Source: Squalus acanthias (taxonomy: Eukaryota). From it: DNA of 64,000 nt. Positions 51,559 to 64,000 of this stretch are shown in pieces. Location: NCBI GenBank assembly GCA_030390025.1, contig CM059432.1:74960001-75024000 (forward strand), read 5' to 3'. Each line of letters starts with the position of its first letter. The first letter of the stretch is position 1. Below the pieces are notes generated by a model. It had not been told where the DNA came from. It did no database searches and saw only the letters and a program-made list of their open reading frames with translations. The position numbers and the translations under genes were made by a program.

Positions 51559-52366
51559 TACAAATAATGCAGCAAACCGGCAAAAATGCACATGAATCTC
51601 ATGACTGCCCAGTCTAATAAACTAAATGCGCAAGCTGAGCAGCAATGTGATTTTACATTCACCAAGGACATGGGAATTAAATCTTGTTCCACTTTGAATG
51701 AAGCAGCATCATGTGATTGCAGAATGCAGTTTTCTTACATTTCTCTGGCCATGTACTGAAACCTTAAAAGAACACTCCTACTGTCTCAGCACCACACCAA
51801 CATTTCCATTCATTTCCAACACAACTTAGTCTTATCCTCTGCAACCCGATCAGCTTTAAGTTTACATGAAGCAATAATGAAAAAGTGATCTAACTCCCAC
51901 TTGAATAAAGATATTTGGATGAAAATATCCCTCCTCACCTCTTAGCTTCACACGGTCAGCAATGAACAACATGAAACTGATTTGAACAGTCCACAACATT
52001 TTGCTAATGTACAATGCATCCCTGTGAACAGGCCACAGAGTCGGGATGCCACAATACAAATTTACCAAGCACACTAATGATAGTTGTAAGGCATTGATTT
52101 GCTGTGAAGGTCGCATAACGTCAGCTCAGAAGGGGCTTCAAAAATTAATGCACCTGGTATTAAAGCAGGCGCTAATGTAGTGGAAACTGGGATTTGGTGG
52201 AACTGCTGATTTAGTGCTGGCTTATCATATCCATTTTAGTTGGCAGCATTAAAACTGTCATACTAGAAAAGTAACTTGTATTCCATTCACCTGACTGGGT
52301 TCTGGTGTTCAAACATACGGCAACATCCAACTCTGGCTGAATTAACCTTGCCAGTGCAGTGCTTAC

Positions 52367-52465
52367 CTTAAGATATGGAATGCTCTCAGCTATCTGATTT
52401 GTAGCTTTGAGGATGAATCCATAATGAACTTTAGCAAATCCATCATTTGGAGCAAGGGCCAGAAC
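52367..52465 (-). CDS. ASPH: ASPH exon, 99 nt: VLALAPNDGFAKVHYGFILKATNQIAESIPYLK
   Basis: Matches ASPH PNDGFAKVHYGFILKA..IAESIPYLK. tgcag| acceptor, |gtaagc donor, phase 0/0. Confidence 0.96.
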
Positions 52466-52518
52466 CTGCAACAACACATCACTTTGATGAAATGTAAAAT
52501 AAAAGTGAACTACCTATT

Positions 52519-52952
52519 CAGCCGTGGCTCAGTTGGTAGCACCCTTGCCCAAGAAAGAAGGTTGTGGGTTCAAGTCCCCCTCCAGAGACTTGAGCACAAA
52601 AATCTAGACGGAGGGAGTGCTGCACTGTCGGAGGTGCCATCTTTCAGATGAGACATTAAACCGTCTGCTCTCTCAGGTGGACGTAAAAGATCCCATGCAC
52701 TATTTTGAAGAAGAGCAGGGGAGTTATCCCCGGTGTCCTGACCAATATTTATCCCTCAATCAACATCACTAAAACAGATTATCTGGTCATTATCACATTG
52801 CTGTTTTTGAGAGCTTGCTGTGCGCAGATTGGCTGCTGCGTTTCCTTCATTATAACAGCGACTACACTTCAAAAAGTACTTAATTGGCTGTAAAGTTCTT
52901 TGGGACGTCCGATGGTCGTGAAAAGCGCTATATAAATGCAAGTCTTTCTTTC
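52519..52952 (+). mobile_element. tRNA-derived Deu-domain SINE (SacSINE1-like)
   Basis: A box TGGCTCAGTTGG, B box GGTTCAAGTCC, central gaggtgcc.tctttc.gatgagac.ttaaaccg..gtaaaagatcccatg, and an L2-like tail gcgctatataaatgcaagtctttcttt. Confidence 0.8.
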
Positions 52953-53260
52953 AAACTGAATTAATCTTGATGATTTCCTGTACAAATATATTTAAATTGT
53001 ATCAAATTAATATTTCTAAGATGGGTCTGCTAACTAGCCTGAGTGGTCACTAATCGCTGGCTGAAAGTGAATCAGTAATAGGCAGATCACTGAAAAGGGG
53101 AATCATCAGAGCCATAACTTGTGTGAGTGCATTGTCACATAAACCTCACTACTTTTCTGCTTCCTATTCTCAAATACTTTTTTTTCCAGTTATGGAAGGT
53201 TCCCTTTCTCATGATCCTTATGTTAATTGAAATCACTTTATAAAAGAACATATGGGGGAT

Positions 53261-56150
53261 TAAGAACATAAGAATTAGGAACAGAAGTAGGCCGTACAGC
53301 CCCTCGAGCCTGCTCCACCATTCAACAAGATCATGGTTGATCTTCGACCTCAACTCCACTTTCCTGCCTGATTCCCATATCCATTGATTCCCCTAGAGTC
53401 CAAATATCTGTCTACCTCAGCCTTGAATATACTCAATGATTCAATATCCACCCTTTGAGTTAGAGAATTCCAAAGATTCACAACCCTCCGAGTGAAGAAA
53501 TTCCTCATTTCAGTCTTAAATGGCCGACCTCTTATCCTGTGACTATGCCCCTTAGTTCTAGACTCTCCAGCCAGGGGAAACAACCTCTCAGCATCTACCC
53601 TGTCAATCCCTCTCAGAATCTTATATGTTTCAATGAGATCACCTCTCATTCTTCTACACTCCAGAGAGTATAGGCCCAATCTACTCAATCTCTCCTCATA
53701 GGACCACGCTCTCATCCCAGGAATCAATCTAGTGAACCTTCGTTGCACTGCCACTAAGGCAAGCATATTCTTCCTCAGATAAGGAGATCAAAACTGTGGT
53801 CTCACCAAAGCCCTGTACAATTGCAGCAAGATTTCCTTACTCTTGTACTCCACCCCCCTTGCAATAAAGGTCAACATGCCATTTGCCTTCCTAATTGCTT
53901 GCTGTAACTACATGCTAACTGTTTCCTGTACGAGAACACCTAAATCTCTCTGAACACCAACATTTAATAGTTTCTTACCATTTAAGAAATAGTGTTTTTC
54001 TATTCTTCCTACCAAAGTGAATAACCTCACATTTCCCCACATTATACTCCAACTGCCACCTTATTATCCACTCACTTAACCTGTCTATATCCCTCTTTGT
54101 GTCTTCCTCACAGCTTACTTTTCCACCTAGCTTTTTATTGTTAGCAAACTTGAATACATTACACTCGGTCCCTTCATCCATGTCATTAATATAAACTGTA
54201 AATAGTTGAGGCCCAAGCACTGACCCTTGCAGCACCCCACTAGTTATAGCTTGCCAACCGGAAAATGACCTGTTTATCCCTACTCTCTGTTTTCTGTCTG
54301 TTAACCAATCCTCTATCCATGCTAATATATTACCCCCAACCCCATGAGCCCTTAACTTGCATAACAAACTTTTATGTGGCATCTTATCGAATGCCTTTCG
54401 GAAATCCAAATATACTACATCCACTGGTTCCCCTTTATCTACCCTGCTAGTTATATCCTCAAAAAAACTCAAATAGATTTGTTAAAAACAATTTCCCTTT
54501 CATAAAATCATGTTGACTCTACCTAATCATATTATGATTTCTAAATGCCCTGTTACCACTTCCTTAATAATGGATTCCAGTATAATCCCAACAAATGATG
54601 TCAGACTAACTGGCCTGCAGTTCCCTGTTTTCTCTCTCCCTCCTTTCTTGAATAGCGGGGTTACATTTGCTACCTTCCAATCCGCTGGGACCGTTCTAGA
54701 ACCTAGGGAATTTTGGAAGCTCACAACCAATGCTTCCAACATCTCGGCAGCCACCTCTTTTAGAACTTTGGGATGTAGACTCTCAGGTCCAGGAGATTTG
54801 TCAGCTTTTCGTCCCATTATTTTCTCAAGTACTTTTTCTCTACCAATCTTAATTACTTAAAGTTCCTCACTCTCATTAGCCCCTTGGTTCCCCACTACTT
54901 TTGGTATGCCTTTTTTGTCTTCTACTGTGAAGACAGATACAAAATATTTGTTTCAAGTCTCTGCCATTTCTTCATTCCCCATTATAATTTCTCCTGTCTC
55001 AGCCTCTAAGGGACCAACACTTACTTTTGCTACTCTCTTCCTTTTTAAATACTTGTAGAAGCTCTTGCAATCTGTTTTTATATTTCTTGCTAGTTTACTC
55101 TCATTCTATTTTCTCCCTTTTTATCAATTTTTTGGTCATCCTTTTCTGGTTTCTAAAGCTCTCCTAATCCTCAGGCTTATTACTATTCTCCGCAACATTA
55201 TAAGCCTCTTTTAATCTAATACTATCGTTAACTTCTTTAATTAGCCACGGATGGATTACATTTCCCGTGGAGTTTTTATTTCTCAATAGAATGTACGTTC
55301 GTTGAAAATTTTGGAACATATCTTTAAATGTTTGCCACTGCTTATCTACTGTCGCACCTTTTAATCTAATTTTCCAATCAACTTTAGCCAACTCGCCCCT
55401 CATACCTACGTAATTGGCTTTATTTAAATTTAACACTCGGTTCCCTGGTTGGTTCCACGATGTACTGTTCTAGGAAATTGTCTCAAAGGCATTCCATGAA
55501 CTCATCCTCCAGACTACCTTTGCCAAATTGCTTTGTCCAGTCTATATGAAGATTAAAGTCCCCCACAATTATTGCATTACCTTTGTTACAAGCTCCTATC
55601 ATTTGTTGATTAATACTCTGTCCAACGGTATAGCTACTGTTAGGAGGCCTATAAACCACTCCCACCAATGTTTTCTGCCCCTTGTTATTTCTTATTTCCA
55701 CCCATACTGATTCTACTTTCTGATGTACCAAGCCAAGATCTTTTCTCACTACTGTCCTTATGTCATCCTTTATCAGGGCTATCCCGCCTCCTTTACCATT
55801 CTGCCTGTCTTTTCGAAACATCAAGTACCCTGGAATATTTAGATCCCAACCTTGGTCAACTTCTAATGACTCTAATGGCTATTAGATCAAAGCCATTTAC
55901 CTCTATTTGTGCCACTAATTCGTCTATCTTGCAACGAATGCTTTGTGCATTCAGATAAAGAGCCTTTAATTTTAACTTTTTACCATTATTCCCTGCTTTC
56001 ACCTTATTCGCTGATGCACTATTACCCATAAACTCTCTGTCCCTTCTTGTCACACTGCTTATCTTTACCCATATCGCTACACTGCTCCATTGCCTTGACT
56101 TTTCTCTTTAGATTTCTAAATTTCCCCTCACCCGACTGCTCCGCCCCTCC
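53261..56150 (-). mobile_element. CR1 LINE ORF2 (EN-RT), multiply frameshifted
   Basis: Collinear ORF fragments from LYLNAQSI through YRPP, GDFN and YLDFRKAFDK to RVVNLWNSL. Confidence 0.93.
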
Positions 56151-57913
56151 CTCCATGAAATCCAAGATTACTTAATTTTTTTTGTTATTCATGCAGATTT
56201 CTAAAAAGTACAAGCTGGCTGGCTGAGCATTGTGGAATGGTGGGGTTTGTAATGCTACATGAGGAGATGTAAATAGCTAAACTGTGGAAGAAATATATTT
56301 AATTATTTAATAACCATAAAACAGATGTTCATTTGGAAAAATTTATTTTGATGGGCTGTTACGAACTGCATCTTATTTTTCTGGAAATGAACTGCTTAGA
56401 ATGTAAATACAAAAGTTGTGAGGAGATGCGAGGTCAACGGGGGTGGTATGTTCACATTAACCACTGCACTGCTAATTGTGGATTTTGGTACTAAACGAGT
56501 TTCCACAAGGTTAAAAGCTAAGGCTGCAGGAAGCCATGGGTTAATTCTAATTCCAGATTGATCTTTTTATTCAGGGACACCATGCAATTATGTTAATGAC
56601 TTGTGTGAGTATAGGGTCAATGAGAACAAAGGAGAGGCATGGTTCTGATCCTGATGAGAACCATGGCAATGGAATTTTTGAAAACAAACAGCTGAAAACA
56701 TGTTTGCGAGGCTGCTTTGGCACAGTTTGATTGGCAGTCTAGACAGAGAGGCGGCCGTTGTTTCCAGGCAACACTATCTGGAAAAATTTGAGAGAATTGA
56801 AATGGACCCACTTTCTTTTCTCTCCGGAGTCTGGTCTCTGGACTCTTTCTTTTCTCACTCCATTCATTCTTAATTTTCTGGCTTTGTGCCTGACACCAGG
56901 TAACAAAAGGGCATTATCTTCCTGAAGAAGTATCTGGTAAACATTTTCTTCATTTGGGAAGAGGCGAGAGCCAGGAGCTCTCTTCACAATCTTGTCAAAT
57001 GCAAGTAATGTAATAACACATTCCAATATTATTTACATCATTGCATCATTTGTTCATAAACAAACTAAATAAGATTTGCCAAATACCTTAGACGTATGCA
57101 ATGGTTGTGAGCTATACATGTAGTTTTGATCCAGTGTGTGTATTTTTATCAGGTTTAATAATGTGTATTTTCTCTAACAAAGCATACACAAAGTAAAGCC
57201 CAATTTAACAGCCTGATTATGTGCATTGTTGAGATGGTTTCCAGGTAATTTGTTACATGTCACGTAGCCTGAATTTTAACTGACTGATAATCTGATTTCT
57301 ATGTCTTTCAATAAAATACTTTTGTCCATCACCCTATCCAAATATGGCAAGGGAGGAAATGCATACATTTGCATAACCTGAAACACACATGGTTAGAGGG
57401 ATATTGGAGTGTTCTATGGATTGTTACATTTTTACAGTAACTATCAGCACTTCTGTGCATCTACATTGGGATGGGGGGGGACCTCTGGAATGGAGTTGGC
57501 TGCATTGATGAGTACTATGTGGAATAGGATGAGTATTTTTTTCTTATCCCTCCAATTTACTCTCCTCCTTCCTGAAGGTGCTGCTTCATGCTAGGATACA
57601 GTTCCGCAGTGCCAGCCATCCTCTAGTATCTTGCCTAAGTGGCCAACCTTCATGTATGAGCCTAGATAATGCATGCTAGCAGGGAAATCAGCTGAACTTG
57701 ATCCTGTCCTTGCCCATCGTCCACATACGCACACTTACCAGCAGAGGTGATTGAAAAGCAATCCAGTGTAGGATGCCAGACTAATTTTTCCCCCTTTTGA
57801 GCCCAGGGTTGCTGAGGTACCATTTGTAGCAATAACCCAACTGAGATCAGCTTATTTAGCACAGATTGTGGATTAAACTTGGTATCTTCATAGTCTGTGT
57901 GGCTCAGTTCCAT

Positions 57914-60670
57914 GATAGAAACATAGAAGATAGGAGCAGGAGTAGGCCATTCGTACCCCTCGAGCCTGCTCCGCCATTCGATGAGATCATGGCTGATCAT
58001 CCAAACTCAGTACCCTGTACCTGCCTTCTCCCCATATCCCTTGATACCTTTAGCTTTAAGAAACATATCTAACTCATTCTTGAATATATTTAATGGCTTG
58101 GCCTCAACTACCTTCTGTGGTAGAGAATTCCACAGGTTCACCACTCTCTGGGTGAAGAAATTCTTCCTCATTTCTGTCCTAAATGGCTTACCCGTTATCC
58201 TTAGATTATGACCCCTGGTTCTGGACTCTCCGACCATCGGGAACATTCTTCCTGCATCTAGTTTGTCCAGACCTGTCAGAATTTTATATGTTTCGATGAG
58301 ATCCCCTCTCATTCTTCTATACTCCAGCGAGTATAAGCCCAATTGACCCAATCTCTCCTCATATGTCATTCCTGCCATCCCAGGTATCAGCATTGTGAAT
58401 CTTCGCTGAACTCCTTCCATGGCAAGAACATCCTTCCTCAGATAAGGCGACCAAAACTGCACACAGTACTCAAGGTGTGGTCTCACCAAGGCCCTGTACA
58501 ACTGCAGCAGGACATCCCTGTTCCGATACTCAAACCCTTTCGCTATGAAGGCCAACATACCATTTGCCTTCTTCACCGCCTGCTGCACCTGCATGCTTAC
58601 TTTCAGCGACTGGTGCACAAGGACACCCAGGTCTCGTTGCACTTCCCCCTTCTCCCAATCTATTGCCATTCAGATAATAGTCTGCCTTTCTGTTTTTGAC
58701 ACCAAAGTGGATAACCTCGCACTTATCCACATTATATTGCATCTGCCACGCTTCTGCCCACTCACCCAACCTGCCCAAATCATCCTGGAGTTTCTCGGTA
58801 TCCTCCTCGCAGCACACACTCCCACCCAGCTTTGTGTCATCTGCAAACTTGGAGATATTACATTTAGTTCCCTTATCTAGATCATTAATGTATATTGTGA
58901 ATAGCTGGGGTCCAAGGACCGATCCCTGCGGTACCCCACTAGTCACTGCTTGCCACTCGGAAAAAGACCCATTAATTCCTACTCTCTGCTTTCTGTCCGC
59001 CAACCAGTTCTCTATCCAAGTCAATACCTTGCCCCCAATCCCATGTGCCTTAACTTTACACGCTAATCTCTTATGCGGGACCTTATCGAAAGCCTTTTGA
59101 AAGTCCAAATACACCACATCTACTGGTTCTCCCTTATCTATTTTCCCAGTTACATCCTCAAAAAATTCCAGTAGATTAGTCAAGCACGATTTACCTTTTG
59201 TAAATCCATGTTGACTTTGTCCGATCCTGTCACTGTTTTTCAAGTGCTCAGCTATTACATCCTTTATAATGGACTCTAGCATTTTCCCCAATACCGATGT
59301 CAGGCTTACCGGTCTGTAATTCCCCGCTTTCTCTCTACCACCCTTTTTGAATAGTGGGGTAACATTAGCTACCCTCCAATCCATGGGTACAGTTCCAAAT
59401 TCCATCGAATGTTGGAAGATGATCAGCAATGCATCTACTATTTCTAGGGCCACTTCCTTAAGTACCCTAGGATGTAGATTATCAGGCCCTGGGGATTTAT
59501 CGGCCTTCAATCCCGTCAATTTCCCTAACACCATTTCCCTGCAAATACTGATTTCTTTCAGTTCCTCCCTTTCATCAGACCCTATGTTCTCCAACATCTC
59601 TGGGAGGTTATTTGTGTCCTCCTTTGTGAAGACAGAACCAAAATATGCATTTAATTGGTCAGCCATTTCTTTGTTCCCCATTATAACTTCCCCCGCTTCT
59701 GACTGCAAGGGACCTGCACTTGATTTCACTAATCTTTTTCTCTTCACATATCTATAAAAGCTCTTAGTCAGTTTTTATGTTCCCAGCAAGCTTACTTTCA
59801 TATTCTATTTTCCCCTTCTTAATTAATCCCTTTGTCCTCCTTTGTTGAATCCTAAACTGTTCCCAATCCTCAGGGCTACTGCTTTTTCTGGCCAATTTAT
59901 ATGCCCTCTCCTTGGATCTTATGTTATCCCTAATTTCCCTTGTTAGCCACGGTTGAGTCACCCTTTTTGTTTTATTCTTATGCCACACTGGGATGAACAA
60001 ATTCTGTAGTTCATCCATGCAGTCTTTGAATGTTTGCCATTGCCTATCCACCGTCAACCCCTTGAGTGACATTCCCCAATCAATCCTACCCAATTCGCGC
60101 CTCATACCATCGTAGTTTCCTTTATTTAAATTCAGGACCCTAGTCTCTGATTCAAATACTTCACTCTCCATCTTAATGAAGAATTCTATCATATTATGAT
60201 CACTCTGACCCAAGGGGCCTCGTACAACAAGATTGCTAATTAATCTTTTCTCGTTACATAATACCCAGTCTAAGATGGCCTGATCTCTGGTTGGTTCCTC
60301 GACATATTGTTCCAGAAAACCATCTCGTAAACATTCTAGGAATTCCTCCTCCACAGTATTTTTACTAATTTGGTTAGCCCAATCTATATGTAAATTAAAG
60401 TCACCCATGATGACTGCTGTGCCCTTACTGCATGCTTCTCTAATTTCCCTTTTAATGTCGTCCCCAACCTCCGTATTACTGTTTGGAGGTCTATATACCA
60501 CTCCCACTAACGTTTTCTGCCCCTTGTTATTTCTCAGTTCTACCCATACAGATTCCGCATCATCAGAGCTAATATCCTTCCTTTCAATTGTGTTAATCCC
60601 CTCTTTAACCAGCAATGCTACCCCACCTCCCTTTCTTTTTTGCCTATCTTTCCTAAATATAGAATACCCT
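57914..60670 (-). mobile_element. Young CR1 LINE, 5'-truncated within EN, same subfamily as 15922-19677
   Basis: ORFs 59764-60690, 58530-59747 and 58007-58669 join into EN-RT with two frameshifts. Confidence 0.96.
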
Positions 60671-60838
60671 AAATATGATCGGTAATTCATGTACCAAATG
60701 AAGCATTAGGGAGTACATATTCTCAAGAATATGCTCTCTTTGAACATGAAATTCAAGCTTGGGGAACAAATATTCCCTTATAGAAAAAAACCATACACAA
60801 ATTCTGATATCCTTCTGTATTAGTTCTTTAGAACTTAC

Positions 60839-60975
60839 CTCTTCATAGACATTCTTGGCATTAGTGTTGTCTCCCAATAAGAGATAACCTACTCCGAGCT
60901 CATTCTTAATTGGGATATCATCTGGGTAACGATCTACCAGTTTCTGAAGGGTCACCACAGAACGTTTGATGTGGC
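60839..60975 (-). CDS. ASPH: ASPH internal coding exon (TPR region), 137 nt: (G)HIKRSVVTLQKLVDRYPDDIPIKNELGVGYLLLGDNTNAKNVYEE
   Basis: Translation matches the recalled vertebrate ASPH segment GHMRGSLLTLQRLV...KNDLGVGYLLIGDNDNAKKVYEE. Acceptor tacag| at 60976-78, donor |gtaagt at 60838-33. Phase 1 in, phase 0 out. Confidence 0.95.
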
Positions 60976-61889
60976 CTGTATACACACACACACATGGATA
61001 ATCAAACACAAGTTGAAAAAATGGTTACAGCATACAAATCACATCATGTTGTGCAATATATATCATCTTACAGACAGGTGTTGAGAAACTTCTTAACTAA
61101 ACTACTATCCTTATTTCCCCAACCATTTCTTAGGTAATATGGCACTTTTCATTTTCATACCCTTCAAATATTTGTCATTACTTGAACTTTTGTACATCAC
61201 ATTTACTTTGCTGCTCTACCAATGGCAATACTGGCAGCACACAAAAGCAAACGAGGCGTTCTGGCACGCCTGACACCTACCAAATAAAGTGATTTTCACA
61301 GGCTCCTCCAGTGGTGGTAGCACCCCGAAAGGAATAAAATCACTAGCAGAGGTAGCACTGTTTCCGGGCTGCTGGTGGGCTGTGTGTCTTTAACAGCTAA
61401 TGTAAATTTGCAAAGCAGTTTTGTACTCACTGGCAGCTATGTACCTGTCCCCAACCATCAAGGAACATGCATCAACCAGAAATCAATTCACAGTTTGTTC
61501 TATTTTCTTATTTGGCTAATTTATATTTTGTTGCACTTTTCAATGTTTAAAGATCTGCTTTTCCCCTTGTCAATTTTTTCCCCTCCTGGCTTTGACGGTG
61601 TTGCCTCAGTTCCACAGGTCCTTCATCTTGCCTCTATTCAATGGGGTCTCTATCTAACCCTCCTTGACCTCCGAATAGATTATTTCTAGGTCTTTCTCCC
61701 TCTCTCCCCATCACTCACCAGGGTCTTTCTCTCTGTCTATTCCTCTCCACCCATTATTCAAGAGGGTCTTCTCTCTCTCTCTCTCTTCCCGCCTCTCCCC
61801 ACCACCACTCCCCACCCCATGTCAAAAGTTTTTATCTCCCTCTCCCTTCTTCCTCCACCTGAACTGGAGTGGGACCAGTGTCCTAGCGG

Positions 61890-62002
61890 AGAGAAAGAAA
61901 GAAAGACTTGCATTTATTTAGCGCCTTTCATGACCACCGGACATCTCAAAGCGCTTTACAGCCAATGAAGTACTTTTGGAGTGTAGTCACTGTTGTAATG
62001 TG
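61890..62002 (-). mobile_element. 3' tail fragment of the Deu-SINE/L2 family
   Basis: Reverse complement of 52850-52950. Confidence 0.75.
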
Positions 62003-62224
62003 GAAAAGGATAGAGGGCTATGGATAGGACTTTAAATTAGTAAAATGGGGGAAGGGATCTGGTGAAAATAACATAAGCCTGAAGATAAAAGAAATAGGAG
62101 ATGAGAGTAAAGGTCAGACTAAGGTAAAGAATAAGGGTAACATAAACGGTCGGGGAACAGATACAGTTGTAGAACATAAGTATAAAGTGACTTAAAAATA
62201 AAGTGAGTGGAACAATTAATAAAA

Positions 62225-62675
62225 ACAAATTAAAATTGCTGTGCACAGCATCCAAACTAAAATGGGGGACTGGAGGCAATAATCTGTAGTGAGGAGCCAG
62301 ATGTAGTAGGGGATAGGGATAACTGAACCATGGCAAAATATAGAACAGGTCTGGCAGTTAAATATTGCAGGATAACACATATTTAGATAGGATAGGGAAG
62401 GAAGAAGGGGAGAGGTGGTGTGGTAGCTGTACTAATTAGAGATAACAATGGCTGTAAAAAAAGGGACATAACTAACATTAAGATAGAAACAGAATCCATA
62501 TGGATTGAGACAAAGGATAAGAAGGGATCAATCACGTTAATAGGAATATTCTACAGACCACCTAATAGTGGAAGGGAAGTGGAGGAAGAAATATCTAGGC
62601 AAATCTGCAAAATGAGTAAAAGACATAGAATAATAATCTTGGGAGATTTCAACTACCCCCAAATAAACTGGCTAG
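62225..62675 (+). mobile_element. CR1 endonuclease fragment
   Basis: ESIWIE..GIFYRPPNS..ILGDFNYPQINW. Confidence 0.85.
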
Positions 62676-64000
62676 AATCATAGAATGATACAGTACAGAA
62701 GAAAGCCATTCGGCCCATTGTGCCTGTGCCAGCTCTTTGGTAGAGCTATCCAATTAATCCCACTCTCCTGCTCTTTCCCCATATCACTGTAAATTTTTCC
62801 CTTCAAGTATTTATCCAATTCCCTTTTGAATATTGCTATTGAATCTGCTTCCACCACCTTTTCAGGCAGTGGCATTTCAGATCACAACAACTCGCTGTGT
62901 AAAAAAACATTTCCTCGTGTCACCTCTGGTTCTTTTGCCAATCACCTTAAATCTGTGTCCTCTGGTTACCGACCCTTCTGCCAGTGGAAACAGTTTCTCC
63001 TTATTTACTCTATCATGACTTTGAACACCTCTATTAAATCTCCCATTAACCTTCTTTGCTCCAAGGAGACAACCCTAGTCATATACACATCAACCGCACT
63101 ACCCTTATCAACCCTCTCCGTTACTTCATCAAAGAACTCGATCAAGTTAGTCAAACATGATTTGCCTTTAACAAATCCGTGCTGACTTTCATTTAGTAGC
63201 CCATACTTATCCAAATGCCAATTCATTTTGTCCCGGATTATTTCCTCACTATTGACGTTAGGCTGACTGGCCTATAGTTGCTGGGTTTATCCCTCTCCCC
63301 TGTTTTTAAACAGGGGTGTAACATTTGCAATCCTCCCGTCACTGGCACTACCCCCATATCCAAGGAGGATTAGAATATTGTGGCCAGAAGCCTCTGCAAT
63401 TTCCACCCATACTTCCCTCAGTAACCTAGGATGCACCCCATCCAGACCAAGTGACTTTTCTACTTTGAGGACTGCCAACCATTTAAATAACTCTTCTTTA
63501 TCTATTTTTATCCTATCCAATTTTGCTACTGCCTCTCCCTTTACTGCTACATTGGCAGCATCCACTTCTCCAGTGAAGACAGATGCAAAGTACTCATTTA
63601 GTATCTCAGCCATGCCCTCTGCCTACATAGAATATCTCCTTTTTGGTCTCTAATCAGCCCCACTCTTCCTTTTACTATTTATGTGTTTATAAAAAAACTT
63701 TTGGGCTCCCTTTTATGTTAGCTGCTAATCTATTCTCATTTTCTCTTTTTTAGATCTCCTCTGTACTTTCTATGTTCAGCTTAGTTCTCTACTGTATTAT
63801 GAACCATACAATTGTCATAAGCCTCCTTTTTCTGTCTCATTTTAACTCTATATCTTTAGTCATCCAGGGAGCTCCAAGCTTTGGATGTCCTTCCTTTCTC
63901 ATGGGAATATGTCTACTCTGTACCTGAACCATCTCCTCCTTGAAGGCCTCCAATTTGTTCAATTACTGTTTTGCCTACCAATTTTTGATTCCAGTCCACC
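62676..64000 (-). mobile_element. CR1 fragment with internal deletion, running off the window end
   Basis: Tail at 62676; LNEYFASVFT, QHGFVKGKSCLTNLIEFFDEVT and GDLIEVFK fragments. Confidence 0.88.

Noticed and set aside
62225..64000. Twin-priming 5' inversion of a single CR1
   Set aside because: The junction is at the 3' tail of the minus copy, which fits an independent insertion into a plus-strand copy.

Overview
Vertebrate genomic DNA, most likely shark or another elasmobranch, judging from the HE1/V-SINE, Deu-domain SINE and shark-type CR1 elements. The window lies inside the ASPH (aspartyl/asparaginyl beta-hydroxylase) gene on the minus strand. Six consecutive coding exons (60975 down to 32912) have canonical AG/GT borders and matching phases and encode the TPR region and the start of the oxygenase domain. 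The next exon is not in the window, so the following intron exceeds 32.9 kb. About 27 kb of that intron (310-27455) is a complex satellite block that is almost T-free on the + strand: hexamer-module 24/30/14-bp arrays, (GA)n-spaced motif arrays with nested duplications, and (CG)n islands. It is interrupted by two near-identical V-SINEs and two near-identical young CR1 LINE copies. The rest is intronic sequence dense in transposable elements: CR1 and CR1/L2-group LINEs, Harbinger-like and Tc1/pogo-like MITEs, a probable solo LTR and several SINEs. The huge low-complexity ORFs are compositional artefacts. I see no CRISPR array and no clearly new protein system. The best leads are: (i) a giant, almost AG-free polypyrimidine tract on the ASPH pre-mRNA whose exits land on YAG acceptors, one in frame with a CR1 ORF1 esterase; (ii) a single-ORF LINE with a tRNA-like Pol III head; (iii) paired MITEs bracketing an ASPH exon; (iv) an antisense solo LTR.
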